Assembly (NCBI GenBank): GCA_964019335.1
Contig: OZ025649.1
Location: 62,001-126,000 of the forward strand
Source: Diplonema japonicum
Lineage: Eukaryota; Protista; Euglenozoa: Diplonemea
Length of the DNA stretch: 64,000 bases
Reading direction: 5' to 3'
Numbering within the stretch: the stretch's first letter is position 1; the number at the start of each line of letters is the position of its first letter. Below, one piece after another: positions 10,601 through 21,600 of this stretch. The notes below the pieces were generated by a model. That model had not been told where the DNA came from and did not search any database. It was given only the letters and a program-made list of their open reading frames with translations. The position numbers and the translations under genes were made by a program.

Positions 10601-11885
10601 CTTCCTCTTCATCATTAACATAGGCTTCTTCGCTACCCTGATGCACAGGCTGGTGCCACGCCTTGTGCTCGAGTACAGTATGAAGCTTAAAATCGTTTGG
10701 AGGAAGTACCCATGGATGCAGCCACTTTGTTTCCGAGAGAGGATCGCAGCGTGGATCGGGGTAGAAGAAGAAGAACAGAAAGCCAACAGGAGGGTGTCGA
10801 GAGTGTCCATCACTGGGATGGGCAACCCGTTGGTAGCACCGCACGATGAGTTTGAAGAAGAAACTGAGGCAGATGAAGGCCCGCCAGACGTGGGAGACGT
10901 GGACGAGTGGTCCAGCGACTCTGACGACCCACAACACGATGCACGGGACGAGGATGTCATCCGAATGCGCAATGAGATCAAGCGACAGGAGGACCTCATC
11001 GAGTACTGGAAAACAAAACACAAGAGGGATCTTGCAGACGCCGAGCAAGAACAGTTTAGACTGAATTCAGAAGTAGAGGCTTTGCAACAGACAGCAGCAA
11101 AGGCAGAGATGTTGAACCGCATGAGGTCAGGCATTAAGAAGCGAATCGTGGAAGCTAAAACAGAGCAGATTACGACAGTGTTGGAAAGCCTCCGCACAAC
11201 GGATATCCTAAGAGAAGACGTGCGGGAGGTGCTGTCCCAACCGAAGGTAGCAGAGATAGTACACAACCTAATGAAGCGATACGGAACTGCAGACGATGAT
11301 TTGCGGATGACAGTGTGGTGGAGCTTTTGGTGTTTTGTTTGCGATGTTAATCTGCAGAGCGACCATAAAGCGATACAGGCCGAACTGGAAGCGCTAGAAG
11401 CAGACGTCACGATTCATTGTACGCAATTTGTCGTGTTGCTGGCCAATGTGGCTGTGAGGAGGAACCCTCATCTAAACCCAGCATTCGCTGCAGAGACGTT
11501 TTTCCTGTCTATCCCGCAAATGATGCACGGCATCAGCAGTACAGCGACATGCCTCATACAAACTGCCGACAGGGATGCAATTGGACGACATCTCTGTTTG
11601 CACAAAGCAGACCACCCTGTGCTGCGAAAGGTGTATCCTCGGGGCACCTACTACTTGTCGTGGTTTTCTCTGAAATCTCTGCTTGTTTCCTCTGGTCTGT
11701 ACGTCGACGAGGCCATGGATGTCTTCAGGAAGGCCGTCAAAACGACAACAGTCCTGCTCCCGAATCAGTTTGTGGAACTAGTGTTCTGCATTGCACAGAT
11801 ACGATCCGCTGAACCCTGGCTCACCCCTGTGCAAGTCATTGATGATGCCATGCAAGACCTGAGAAAAGCAACCAACACAGTATAA
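4611..11885 (+). CDS. Giant multi-pass membrane receptor-like protein (signal peptide, long beta-rich ectodomain, Cys-rich repeats, TRP/PKD-like TM bundle, discoidin-like insert, coiled-coil tail)
   Basis: Signal peptide MLLVFWATSLVGLVAIGGA after CTCGCAG. CVECPSGALC..NFWR..FYKCP..GHTGALCSVCEPGY. TM region with WYWELLTMIRK and MRPF..ELELASL. ERDPVRWAVYWSADG insert. No intron needed. Confidence 0.8.
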   Translation: MLLVFWATSLVGLVAIGGAYEASVVLFAGLAGQVIRYEWSADDVGKRVWAGLGKDACDSVNSKSVTTDVLTGEAVVVWEVPVTFLEVGSIWIVCEGIIDAPQPPSSSFNMTGHTITVVEGFRTGLPVTYYTLPSTTLTIEVPLWAKATAVTYTLKNCQSSSSFVLLDGFTIEVSKLVPKGGDVCMAASINRTAYDWEYSHLAIIPLVTVTAPQEATVFAASTIFKSITTEVFFAMDHEVSLVAGFCGKDPEVSGTVTANGSLLQVHDIRHEIPLALCVKLANTSWMKLLDIFPITVVSVTLRSLEGDRTERVSVGGVEAGDIVVFSADLFLISAVFSGREAATDLLLRSNLGPLERPLSIPSQGPLTDHNLTLATTFSSATTTMSIHSIPLIATWGTDTTVVSKVPTAVPPAELQGYNFSLCGYPDWLGVENGSWWVNISSRVDLCFTTAQRTYQTGVGYTAAVVKLAGVEVSEDAVIPVAAEEWHMDGTIPQAVSVSIGEAKNTIKEASGIVSVKGGWTGRVHTRTSSKLPWSQTRIFVNLRVVFREVGQTWPKVKVSPTIGASVLVVGEGFDTGCSLYFSSDCKPRSSANTESQVTFATDTNTWRTVLLLDMYITNVLLCFHISNTTRGALTAAQVSISGLISILSVPPPVKLNLMSNRSNAVPIRYITDGSASLYASEETNTCVQSANVDVTVTAELLVVYPRDLAGRTLILCTAEGVFTGLTMVILSNVPINGTIQLLSHGVSQVAVGLDNWVVLSDTGCPPAKGIAIPVTSGVVSIRGTDTGEGVICLGLEGDNDVTKFFLEVARYQEVVFRVHGATLGEPLFVAESQMETLVLESVTGLPERIAVGHTCATATVLVWDVFNTVVHLNTSTVHGMTICVSLHPNPDLITTGITITPVTASLQQSSIPTTSPPTRVGLLSGATEIGIVLMSSTMHLLEAPSVSYYLGYRDTLAKCDAATYSVTPLSYAAGLWVSSYLPVVNVEVMACLKVIMRGHSTVAYSRQSLTLFPVNSIGAASAAQPLLPLLVGIPSEIKVSYSELGDTRQYYIGTTLGASEACTVQVVTDSSVVLLFEEATRTAPYYLCLGDNITAMYRLDVKTTVLSIALSNAGGKSVALYQNNAAELTVTAHGTEITARDTRAYLIFSLQPVASSCKGNLESFSAPIFLTSCGKLHISSDRTANKSKLALCVAAQLSPEANRGHFVDMGLRVEITEPSRLMFVVQPADVLPSGVFLTQPTLAIFDANLTKVSLGSDLTVRAVWSPEPPQKASYLWTASTIKNLQDTSEIDFQSIDGIGIQLLGYFGVPYVLHVSVISNAFAFETAVSSPVMLTDCADKRQFAPLLERSCVECPSGALCKGNTTIFADKNFWRANTNVFTFYKCPFDGVCNMGSCSPGHTGALCSVCEPGYGLSGSGCVLCKQKWRGILLLTFFGVVGLVWISILVASTLQAAQNILNPVPMMLKITLNHLVVSSRLGDFSSEFPALLTTLFSIQNEASSFGMNSMSDADCATKSALSTYHVFVLWMMVPLFIMVGTWFIPLCIWIYRAVKKWMGTKEEKVEEDHGDDSSAGSEEDVTDNPVLYLKIQFVKVRGGAAADAVSISGVRLRRGAQELDTTDYMIDNPEGSCPEGCGCENLTDGVSETCWVDYYKKPLVVTLAKRQNVSGISFTTSPSNPERDPVRWAVYWSADGRVWDRVNNQFKDFATTTARDEHLPWFHLLPSRGGLVHVYVVSVIILLYVAYPIIIEKAAVMISCDRIDLGTDLNNLTIGATPVSPSEILQDGDTFYTRRATVDRSLSCNTDQHFRYMVAANVFLVLYGLGMPLGIGCVVYLMRRYKGKRNAFTLFHFLVSGLNKRRWYWELLTMIRKMLIIVLINFVEAGRLQTYLAMWVISVYLVLTLLMRPFNTKMPGKPHELELASLSIISVTLNLSLLYDHVSRPSSDDIDCPTISFQESCLLVGCTWDSVEAVNATGCSGSGSGNTWVSGKQTGYYILTGFLFIINIGFFATLMHRLVPRLVLEYSMKLKIVWRKYPWMQPLCFRERIAAWIGVEEEEQKANRRVSRVSITGMGNPLVAPHDEFEEETEADEGPPDVGDVDEWSSDSDDPQHDARDEDVIRMRNEIKRQEDLIEYWKTKHKRDLADAEQEQFRLNSEVEALQQTAAKAEMLNRMRSGIKKRIVEAKTEQITTVLESLRTTDILREDVREVLSQPKVAEIVHNLMKRYGTADDDLRMTVWWSFWCFVCDVNLQSDHKAIQAELEALEADVTIHCTQFVVLLANVAVRRNPHLNPAFAAETFFLSIPQMMHGISSTATCLIQTADRDAIGRHLCLHKADHPVLRKVYPRGTYYLSWFSLKSLLVSSGLYVDEAMDVFRKAVKTTTVLLPNQFVELVFCIAQIRSAEPWLTPVQVIDDAMQDLRKATNTV

Positions 11886-12017
11886 TTTCAAATGCGCTCT
11901 GCTTGTGTGGAGACTCAACATTTCTCGTGGTGACCCTTGCTAACCACTTCCTTTCCTATAATTATTTGTCTTTTTTTTATTCTGATGTCTTAACTTGACA
12001 AAGAAAAAGGGGTTAAT

Positions 12018-13167
12018 ATGCGGCCTGTACTCCTTCAAGTACTAGCACTGTGCGTGGTGATCTGCGTGGCGAGGGTGGAAGGAAAGAGCAAAGCGTGGGA
12101 GAAAGCAGAAGAGTTTTATACAAAAAATGGGAGACCTGTGAGGCACACGAACAACTGGGCGGTGCTGGTGGACACATCGAGATTTTGGCAAAACTACAGA
12201 CATGCTGCCAATGTGCTAACGGTATGGGGTGGGTCATGTTGAAGCAACGCACACACAGATGTATCACCTTGTAAAAAAGCTGGGGATCCCCGACTCGAAC
12301 ATCATTCTCATGATGGGGGACGACATCCCGTGCAACGTCCGCAATCCATACCCTGCTACTCTTTTCAATAACCAGAATCATTCGGTGAATTTGTACGGAA
12401 ACGACGTAGAAGTGGACTACAGGGGGTATGAGGTCACAGTGGAGAACTTCTTGAGGGTTATGACGGGGAGGCACGAGGAAGGGGTTCCGAAGAGCAAGCG
12501 GTTGGATACAGATGAGGGGAGTAACATTTTGGTGTACATGTCAGGGCATGGGGGGGATGAGTTTTTAAAGTTTCAGGATGCAACAGAGATCACCTCACAA
12601 GACATCCGGGACACGTTGTGGCAGATGTGGAACGGCATGCGGTACCATTCGGTGCTGCTGTCTATTGAGACGTGTCAGGCGGCAACCATGATAGAGGGGT
12701 TGAAGGTCCCATCTGTGGTCGCCATAGGGTCATCTCTGAAGGACGAGAACTCATACTCTCATCACAACGATTTCGAACTGGGAGTCCACGTCATAGATAG
12801 GTTCACTTACTACACACTTGAGATGCTGCACCCTATTAGCAGGTTATCCAGCCTCACGCTGCAATCCGTGTTCAGTAACCTCTCCCCTTACCAGCTGAAC
12901 TCGCACCCCTACTGGGTCTCCACCCACCCCGTCCCCCTCGATAAAATACGCGTCACCGATTACTACTCTTCCAAATCTACCATCGCCCCTATGCCCACTC
13001 CCACACCCCTCACCACCACACCGCCAATCCTCCACCCACCTTTGCGCCTCACACTTTCTCATCGACCAAAACCTCCCTCAAACCCCCTCAAAGAGCTGAC
13101 ACAAGGCTCCGAGAGATATCTGCTTGCGGGGATAGGATTCATCCTAGTGATGTCTATATTGATGTGA
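12018..13167 (+). CDS. GPI8: GPI-anchor transamidase catalytic subunit (peptidase C13), join(12018..12221,12259..13167), 370 aa
   Basis: HTNNWAVLVDTSRFWQNYRHAANVLT|MYHLVKKLGIPDSNIILM restored by removing a 37-nt intron. VEVDYRGYEVTVENF, catalytic GHGG and ETCQA, NSYSHHND..GVHVIDRFT. Signal peptide and hydrophobic C-terminus. Confidence 0.95.
12222..12258 (+). other. Spliceosomal micro-intron (37 nt) in GPI8
   Basis: GTATG...ACACACAG; removal restores conserved GPI8 sequence. Confidence 0.95.
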
Positions 13168-13285
13168 GATGAGTGTTTCCCCCTTTTCTTTTTGATTTTC
13201 TATTCAAGTTGTTTTGTTCACTTCAGCAAATACCGATTGTGTTTCTTTAAGGTGGTGCTGTAGAGGGTAAGGGCCGCGCACGCAT

Positions 13286-13777
13286 ATGGGGAACTGTAAG
13301 AGTTCTGATAAAAAGGGAAAAGTGAAACCACTGTTGAAAGATGTGACCAAACTCGTGAACGATGGGGACGTGGAAGGACTGAGACAAGCAATGAAGGAAA
13401 AGGTTACAATAGAGGAAGGAACGGTGAGCTTGGCTGCTCAGAAAGGTGTGAAAGAGGTATTGGAGGTGCTATGTAATGCTGGGGCGAGGGTGGAACACAG
13501 GAATGAGGATGGGGAAACACCGCTAATGATAGCAGCCATCCACAACCATGCGGAGGCTGTGGAGTACTTGTTCGCGCAAGGGGGCAACCTCGATGCACGG
13601 AATTCCACCAACGAAACGGCCCTCATCCTTGCAGTGGAGCGGGGCGCTTTGGACTCTATCAAGACCCTCCTCGCCCTCGGTGCCGACACCTCCCTCAAGG
13701 ACAGCTTCGGCAAAACAGCAAAACAGCTCGCTATCGACGAGGGACACGATGATGTTGCAAAACTCTTCAATGAGTGA
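13286..13777 (+). CDS. Ankyrin-repeat protein with putative N-myristoylation/palmitoylation
   Basis: GETPLMIAA, NETALILAVERG, GKTAKQLA repeats; N-terminus MGNCKS. Confidence 0.88.
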   Translation: MGNCKSSDKKGKVKPLLKDVTKLVNDGDVEGLRQAMKEKVTIEEGTVSLAAQKGVKEVLEVLCNAGARVEHRNEDGETPLMIAAIHNHAEAVEYLFAQGGNLDARNSTNETALILAVERGALDSIKTLLALGADTSLKDSFGKTAKQLAIDEGHDDVAKLFNE

Positions 13778-13878
13778 CATTACACTTGTGCATGCCTTCG
13801 ACCCTAGACAACTATTTATATATATTTTTTCCCCGCCTGCACGCACATCACCTTCACTTTAGGCTGTTGACCAGCAAT

Positions 13879-15439
13879 ATGGCGTTCGGAGGCTTCGGCG
13901 GGTTCGGAGCATCTTCCAGCACGGGCGGCTTCGGTGGGTTTGGCGCCTCCTCTTCGGGAGGTGGTTTCGGTGGGTTTGGCGCCTCCTCTTCGGGAGGTGG
14001 TTTCGGTGGGTTTGGTGCATCATCATCTTCAGGTGGTGGTTTTGGTGGGTTTGGAGTGAGCAGCAGCGCGGGGGGCTTTGGAGGTTTCGGCGCTTCTTCA
14101 AGCACAGGGGGCTTCGGTGGGTTTGGTGCATCAAGCAGCTCGGCGGGGGGCTTTGGTGGGTTCAGTGCGTCGTCTTCTTCTTCTGGAGGGTTTGGTGGCT
14201 TCGGCGGTGGTTTTGGAGCAAGCAGCAGCACTGGGGGTTTCGGGGGCTTCGGCGGCGGCTTTGGGGCGAGTAGCAGCACTGGGGGTTTCGGAAGCTTCGG
14301 CGGGGGCTTTGGTGCTGGTGCAAGCTCCTCAGGGTTCGGTGGCTTCGGGGCCTCTTCTTCAGCGGGCGGTTTTGGCGGCTTTGGAGCTCAGTATGTTATG
14401 GAAATATATAATTTGGTAATGCACACAGATCCCAAGCAGCACCCGACCCGTTCGCGACCTCTCTCATTGCTGGTCAGGGCGATCATGAAGTCCTTCCTAA
14501 ATTCTACAACCTTTGGAAGCAATACTACGAGAAGAGCCCACAGTGCTTCTGTATGGCATTCATTTACACCCTCGTCTCTGAGTCGTCCATCGCCCCTTGC
14601 TGGGAGGCAACACGGGTATATTAAGAACAAACCCTTTTCAATAAATTACAGCAACAATATCAAGCTGAGCGGTATTGCATCACAGAAGGGCAATGGGAGC
14701 AGGCAAAGAGGGATAATCCAGACCCGAGCAGGCTTCTCCCTTGCCCCATTAGGAGCGTTACAGAGCTGGCGAAGAGGAATGAGATCCAGATGAAGCAGAT
14801 TGAGAGGTACGTTCCAAAAACGGGGGAAAAGAAACGCTTAAATACAAACAGATATGAGCAAGAGAAGAAGCTACTCACGAATCAGTTGCAAGAGATGAAG
14901 AGAGTGTTCAACCATCAAGAGCCGGGGTCACTGGACCGCAAGACGCGGGATATCCACACAAGAGTGGCGCGATTGAGAAGCAGGTTGTTGGAAGCCATTG
15001 CAAATTTAGAGAGGGCACGGCCTGCGAGAAGCGCACTTGGAAGGGACCAAGGGTATGGCGAGAACATTTTGTTTTCATATCATCACAGTGCTCTTGACGA
15101 CAAGCTGGGGAAGGTAGAAGGGACTTGCAACGAGTATCTCCAGGACCTCTACGAGCTGGATGTCGTGCTGTCCTCGCACAATCAGCGCTACCAGAAGTCC
15201 GTCTCAAACATGATCCTCCCCAATGAGACTGTGTCCAGCATCATGGGCTTCCTCGACCACCAGCAAAAGGGGCTTGCGTATGATAGTCAAACATAACAGT
15301 AACACTCCACAGCGGTCTCGGCAACATCATCGACTCCTGCAAAGAAGACCTTGAGATCATCCAAGGGAAGAACCCGCCGCGCATGGCGCCCCTCATCTCG
15401 GGGCAGCAGCCAAACCCACGCACTATGTCTTGGACATGA
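13879..15439 (+). CDS. NUP54: Nucleoporin Nup54/Nup57-like, join(13879..14390,14429..14615,14652..14806,14852..15277,15313..15439), 468 aa
   Basis: N-terminal GGFGGFGASSS FG repeats. After splicing, WEQAKRDNPDPSRLLPCPIRSVTELAKR (Nup54 alpha/beta signature), a coiled coil, and C-terminal QQKGLAGLGNIIDSCKEDLEII. Confidence 0.85.
14391..14428 (+). other. Micro-intron (38 nt), Nup54
   Basis: GTATG...GCACACAG; needed to reach the conserved frame. Confidence 0.85.
14616..14651 (+). other. Micro-intron (36 nt), Nup54
   Basis: GTATA...TTACAG; contains an in-frame TAA. Confidence 0.85.
14807..14851 (+). other. Micro-intron (45 nt, frame-preserving), Nup54
   Basis: GTACG...ACAAACAG, A-rich; no stop, so inferred from pattern only. 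Confidence 0.65.
15278..15312 (+). other. Micro-intron (35 nt), Nup54
   Basis: GTATG...CTCCACAG; removal gives a Nup54-like C-terminal helix. Confidence 0.85.
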
Positions 15440-15687
15440 TAGTGACAGTGACAGTGACAGTGAATGTGTCCAAAGAAAATACTTTAAAAAAAACCCCTCG
15501 TGTGCTTGATCGACGCTAGTTGGTGTTCAGAGCCAAGAGGGAATCTTTAAACGGGGAAAGGTACCACCCCACTAGATATTATCAGAAACCACCCCTCTGC
15601 AGTGGTCACCTTTCTTCGATCCACTTCATGTTCTTTTTGTTCATTGGTTGTAGCTTTTATGAGAAATACACATCGTGCAGGACAAGG

Positions 15688-18600
15688 ATGGGGGAAAACA
15701 GTGCGGGGCTGAATGACTCGCAGCTGTTGCAAATGGCGCGGATGGAGGCATCACCTCTGAACGTGCACGTGGACGACGGGCGTCGGCTGACTGAAGAGTT
15801 ATTGCTGTGCTTTCCAGAGCCTCCTGTTTCTGATCATTTGGTGTACCACCAGTACTTGAAAAGGATGCACAGTATCGAGCTGACACCTCTCCCCGACTGG
15901 GTCACGGAGAAAACCCGTACAGTGAAGCGGGAGCTTGTTTTCAACGAAGACGCAGAAACGATCGACCTTGAGCCCTCGCACAGCTCTGGCAACCTTGACC
16001 TCGAGCCACACAGCCCTGTAGTGTGGCAGGAACCCACAACTCCTTCGGTGTCGCCGCAAACTGACCTCTCTCTCCTGCAATACCTCGAAGAGGGCGAACT
16101 TAATGTCAGGACTCTCATATTCGAGAAAGAGGCCTCCTCTCGAGCGCGGATAAAAAAAAACTCTGTAAAATCTCGCCCGCGTGTCGTACCAAAATGCGTT
16201 CCCAAGCCGCCTAGCACAGCCTCTGTCGCTGGCATAGAAGCAGACGAGCGCAGCATGCTACACGCCTTGCAGCAAGACGCCTTCAATGCCCTCCGTGGTC
16301 TTTTTATAAAAGACATCCCGTCGAGGATACGAGAACGCAAGATGCAACCGCCTAGAGACGCTAAAACCAAAAGACTTTCTCCTGCTGCCCCAGAACGCCG
16401 AAAGACAGCTTCTCCCGTTCTTACACCAGCAGCCCCACTTGTAATATGTGCAAACTGCGGTGTGCAGGGTCATCACACGTTACGTTGCCGGAGGCGTCAG
16501 ATGCGAAGACCTGGCAGCGGGCTAAAGAAAATGCCAGCGAAAGATAGGAAAGAGCTGTATGATACCCCTAGGGGTACACCTACGGACTCTGTTAGTATCC
16601 TGTCATCTCCGAAGCCGCCTACAGCTCTTCCTTCTCCTGAGTTCAAAGTGCTTGACAACTTTCCAATAGAAGACGACGGGGATGACCGAGAAGTACTTAG
16701 AGAACCCTCAGCATGCATCATCCTCCCGGACTCTCAGAATAGAAGAGAAACCTCTTATGAAACTGATGTTGAAAGGTCTGCTTCATCGAGCGACCGGTCG
16801 GAGTTCTTTGCGACAATCAACAGCATGGCGACCGTCGCCGGTCACAACAACGATGAAGTGCTGGAGTTCCGCGACATGGAGAGCGAGGTAAAGACACAAG
16901 CAGTACACCGACCAACTTCGCAAACACCGCAACTACCGCCTTCTAGTCTCCTCCCAACTCTGGTGCCCATTGCAAAGCAAGTTTCAAAGGACACAGAACT
17001 TACACAAGCCTTCAAAGAGTTCAGCAAGGCCGAGGAGTACGTGAAGCACCTAATCAGCAAAGCAGAGGAAGCCACTTCTCCGAAGAAGGAATTTCCTGCG
17101 CCCCGTCATGCGTCCCCTTCTTCATCTCGATCCCTTCTTGCCGAATCTGTTGGTGTCGAGCTCAGCCCAACTGTAGAGACAGACTTTTCCCCCATGCGAG
17201 TCGACACGCCGAACACCGTGCAGCACAACGAGTGCGGGAAGAGCTACTCTCTGGTGTCCTCCAACAACCTGCCGTGCTCCGACGAGAAGGACGAGTCGCT
17301 CACAACAACGGAGATATGTAAAGAGCTTGGCAAGGCAGAGGACTACTTGGAGTACCTCATCGAGCAGGTCGAGTGCCACTCTCCTAAACCCATAAGTGTT
17401 GATCTCTCGCCAACTGTCCTGCAGAAATTCCATGAAAGTAAAATGCTGCTCCTGGAATCACAGGCAATGGAGCGTGACACCTTCGAGATCGAAACAGCAT
17501 TGATCGAGGCAGAGCTTGTGGACATCGAGAAAAGTAAAGAGCTCGAGGAGAGGCTACACGAGGCAGAGATGTACCATGAGAGCCTTCTCAAGTCAAGAGA
17601 AACTGTGGAAAGGGCAAAGAAGAAAGAGAGCGAAATTGAAAAAGTCGAATTGAGCCTTGTCGACACGCCTAGAAAGGAGCTCAGTTTTACCGGCACGGAA
17701 CCTTGCCTGCAGGGGTCGAAGACACCAGCACCTGATTCAAAAGCAGTAACCAGAAATGCAGCTGATAAGGCAACACGGTTTTTAGTGAAGCTGAACAGTC
17801 ACCTCAACGTGGTCCTGCCAAACACTGCATCTACGTCACAGTCAGCTGCTTCGCCCGTTGCTTCACGTGCGAACAGAAAAAGGCCTGCACCCTTCGCTCC
17901 AGAAGAGCCAGTAAAGCCGCAATCAATTCGGCGTGTTCGTCACGCACCAGGCGAAACACCGACACCCTCCCATCCGGATCCTCTGGGACCTGCGACTGTG
18001 AACATCAGCGAAGGGATGCAGCAAATCATGCAAGGCGCTGTAAGGTCACGGAGGGAACGGAACACACCAAATATCCAGCCGGGGCTTTGTGCCGCACTGC
18101 CCAGACGCCAACATGCTGAACCTGCCCGTCCTGCAATCCCTCCGCAAAAACACAACGTCCCTGTGCAATATCTATCTACGTCTGAACCCGGGCTGAAAGT
18201 GCCACCTCTTCCCGCACTAACTCCCACTGCCTCCCCTGTTCGTACACCTAAACCGCGAGAAGAGCACCTACTGCAACAGCAACAGCAACAGCAACATGAA
18301 CAGCAAGACGTCGTGCGCGGGTCAGGACACCTACCAATGCACTCCACCCCCATGCCTGATTCGGAAGTACTGACCCTAAAGAAGATGCTCGAAGAGCAGC
18401 AGGCGCTCATGAAAGAAATACTTGCCAAAACTACTCAGCATGAGACGAATGAGGTGTCAAAGCAGCTTGTCGTAGAAATCAAAGCTGCGCTTGCTGACCA
18501 CAGCAGTCAAATGACACCCCAGACAGGCGATCTGAAACAGAACAAAAGTTTCGAGTCTGGGGAAAGTACCTCTGCGCTGCATCACATCGTGGAGAATCAG

Positions 18601-21600
18601 CAGAGGATCATGCAAGAGCTTCTCATGCAGCGTGAGACGGCAGCCCTGATGATAGAGAGCGAGGCAGCGACAAGTAGACATTGGAGCCCTGTTTTGAGTT
18701 CAGCTGGGAGGGATGACTCGACGAATGTGGAGGAGACTTTGAGAATACTCGAAGAGCAAAGGCAGCTTTCTGAAGAAGGCTCTGAAGGGCATACTCTGCT
18801 GGGGAGTGCCATCGACGCTGTATGCGCACTTGCTATTCCACAACAAGGCGTTCTGCCCAAGGAAGAAGTGTACGTTGAAACCACAGAATGCTCTAGGTTA
18901 CAGGACTTTCTAGAAGAGGAATTCAGGAGCAAGCCTGGGACTATACTTGATGAACTAACACACAACCTGCGAGGGGAGTACCCATCGAACTCCGAGGCCC
19001 ACCAGAAAGATACCCTGATAAGGCTTGCATATGGTTCGCATGTAATTAAAATGCGCGAATCTGTTCAAGAACACTTCAAGACTCGAGAGCTCTCGTACAT
19101 GGAAATCCTCTGTCTGTGGATGTACACAGCTCACGGCATCGACGTTGACGCTCTGATGGGGTTTTCGGTCCCAAAGGTCACTGAAAAAGACGAGTGGGCT
19201 GCTTATATAGAAGAACACAAAACTTGCAATGCAGAGAGAAAGAGAAATGGATGCATCTTTTCCGAAGTCAACTGGGCCATGCGTGAAATGGGTAAGCGTG
19301 AGGGGGGGTTCTTGGAAGCCAGACACAGCGTCAGGAAATGGTGTAAACTTATTATGGTACTTATGAACCTGACACTCAACAAAGGTGAGATCTCGGACAG
19401 CAGCCCAGGGCTTTTGTACAGAGGCTTTGCGGGACAGTCTGCAGAAGCCTACAAAGCTATGATAGCAGTAGACAGAAAGCTGGTGTGGCCTTCGTTCAAC
19501 AGCTGCACTGTTGACAGGGACATCTCTGTGTCGCACTTCGACGGCACGGCAACCAGCGCGAAGGCCGGCGGTGCTGTACTGTTCACCATCACCAACGGCT
19601 TTTGCAAGGGGTTTCCTTTGTGGCGCGTCAGCCAGTATCCAGAGGAAAAAGAGCTCCTCCTGTCACCTTTTGTCGTTTTTGACGTTGTTAACTCTGCTGA
19701 AAGTGAGGAACTCCAACAGAGGTTGCATCATGGCCTTGCGGGCCAAGGCGTGGAAATGCCTGCAGATACACAGGCTTCTATAGTTACGATCAACGTCGAA
19801 GAGACGAAGTGCAGAAAGCTGAACGACGTGTTGCTGCAGAGCGAAGAAGAATGCCGCGAGGCGCAAAGCAAGATTTTGGAGGTCTTACAGGATCGACACT
19901 CATTCCGGCTGAGTAAGTACTCGAGCAAACATGCACTTCGAGGGACGAGTGGCATTGTGCACAACTCTCCGAGGTCTGACAACTCACAGTCGTTTGTGGT
20001 ACAACCCGGGGTTCGAGTCACTGAACAGGAACCATGCAAGACGACTGGTGCGTCTTCGTCCGCACTGCTAAGAGACGCAGATGAACCTGCTGCTGATGTT
20101 GTCCCTGCCGTCACTTTGTTCGAGACGGCGCAGACCCTTGCAATGTCATGCTCGAGTAAGCAAAATACTCTCAAAAGAGCGAACCTCTTCACAGTCACAG
20201 ACACACTTGCGACACATGCAGAAATGCCAAGCCTGTTTCCTGTTGCCACGAGCTTTACCACGCAGTCAACTACACCAAAGACTACACTGACCATAGCGGA
20301 GTGGTGTCTATCAACACCTCACAGTCCGTGTAACACAAGCCTCTTCCCTTTGTCGAATACTTTAGCTAGCCCTCTTTCACCCCGAAGCGAAACCAAACCC
20401 GACCTCTTCTCAACAGAGCAAGCACTCTCGATATGCGCTGCAGCCAGCGCAAAGCTCTTCCCTATCACTGAGACCCTCTCGAGTCCTAAGCTTGCAGACG
20501 CTCCTTCTTTCAATACTGAACAGGAAGCCTCTCAGGTTGTACTGACCTCGACGGAGCTCTCCTTTGCAGTGTTGTCCAACATGGAGGAACAAAATGTAAA
20601 GTCAGAGCATTTGCCTCAAGAACAAACGACGCAACAGGGGGATATGTTGATGTCAAAAAGCGAAACCATAGTTGTTAGTACCGATATTGAAAAACTCGAA
20701 CAGAGCGCTGTGCTCGCTTCGGAAACTGAGGCATTGCCGTCTCCCACATGCAATAGAACCCCCGAAAACGCTCTCGTGGAATACGAGGCCGCCAGTTCTA
20801 CCAAAAGTCAAAACAACCAAAGCGCATTCAGCGCGCATCAAAGTCTTGCAGAGAGTCCCTTGACCTCCGCAGAGCAGTCCCTCTCGGTACCATGCAAACA
20901 AGTTGTGGTCATGCGTTCGCAGCAGCAACTGTTATCTACTTCCAACACGCCGTGTGATGTAAAACTCTTCTCAGCCACCGAGACCCTCTCAAGTCCTAGA
21001 AGCGCTGATGTTCCAGCGATCGCTCCTTCCTTTGACACTGAACAGCAGTCAGTAGGACTGACCTCAACGGAGCAGTCCCTCTCAGTACCATGCAAGCAAG
21101 TTGTAGTGAGTTCGCAGCAGTCTACTTCCACCACGTCGTGTGATGTAAAACTCTTCTCAGCCACCGAGACCCTCTCGAGTCCTAGAAGCGCTGATGTTCT
21201 AGCAGCCGCTCCTTCTTTCAATGACACCGAACAGCAGGCACCTGCACAAGTACTGATCTCAACGGAACAGTCCCTCTCAGTGCCATCTGGTCTGCGTCTG
21301 CAGCAGCAACTGTTATCTCCTTCCAACACGTCGTGTGATGTGAAACTCTTCTCAGCCACCGAGACCCTCTCGAGTCCTAGAGGCGCTGATGTTCCAGCGG
21401 TCGCTCCTTCCTTTGACACTGAACAGGAGTCTGCACAAGTAGTACTGACCTCAAGGGAACAGTCCCTTTCAGTACCATGCAAACAAGTTGTCATGCGTTC
21501 GCAGCAGCAACTGTTATCTACTTCCAGCACGTCGTGTGATGTGAAACTCTTCTCAGCCACCGAGACTCTCTCGAGTCCTAGAAGCGCTGATGTTCCAGCA

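Noticed and set aside
11313-11357. Possible 45-nt GT..CAG in-frame intron in gene 4611
   Set aside because: The donor is GTGTG and the body is T/G-rich, unlike the other introns. The encoded FWCFVCD fits the surrounding helical domain. Needs RNA-seq to exclude.
13854-14279. Minus-strand extensin-like Pro/Lys repeat ORF
   Set aside because: It is the antisense shadow of the Nup54 GGFGG repeats.
15442-15463. (GTGACA)n short tandem repeat after the Nup54 stop
   Set aside because: Only 3-4 copies; an ordinary 3' UTR microsatellite.
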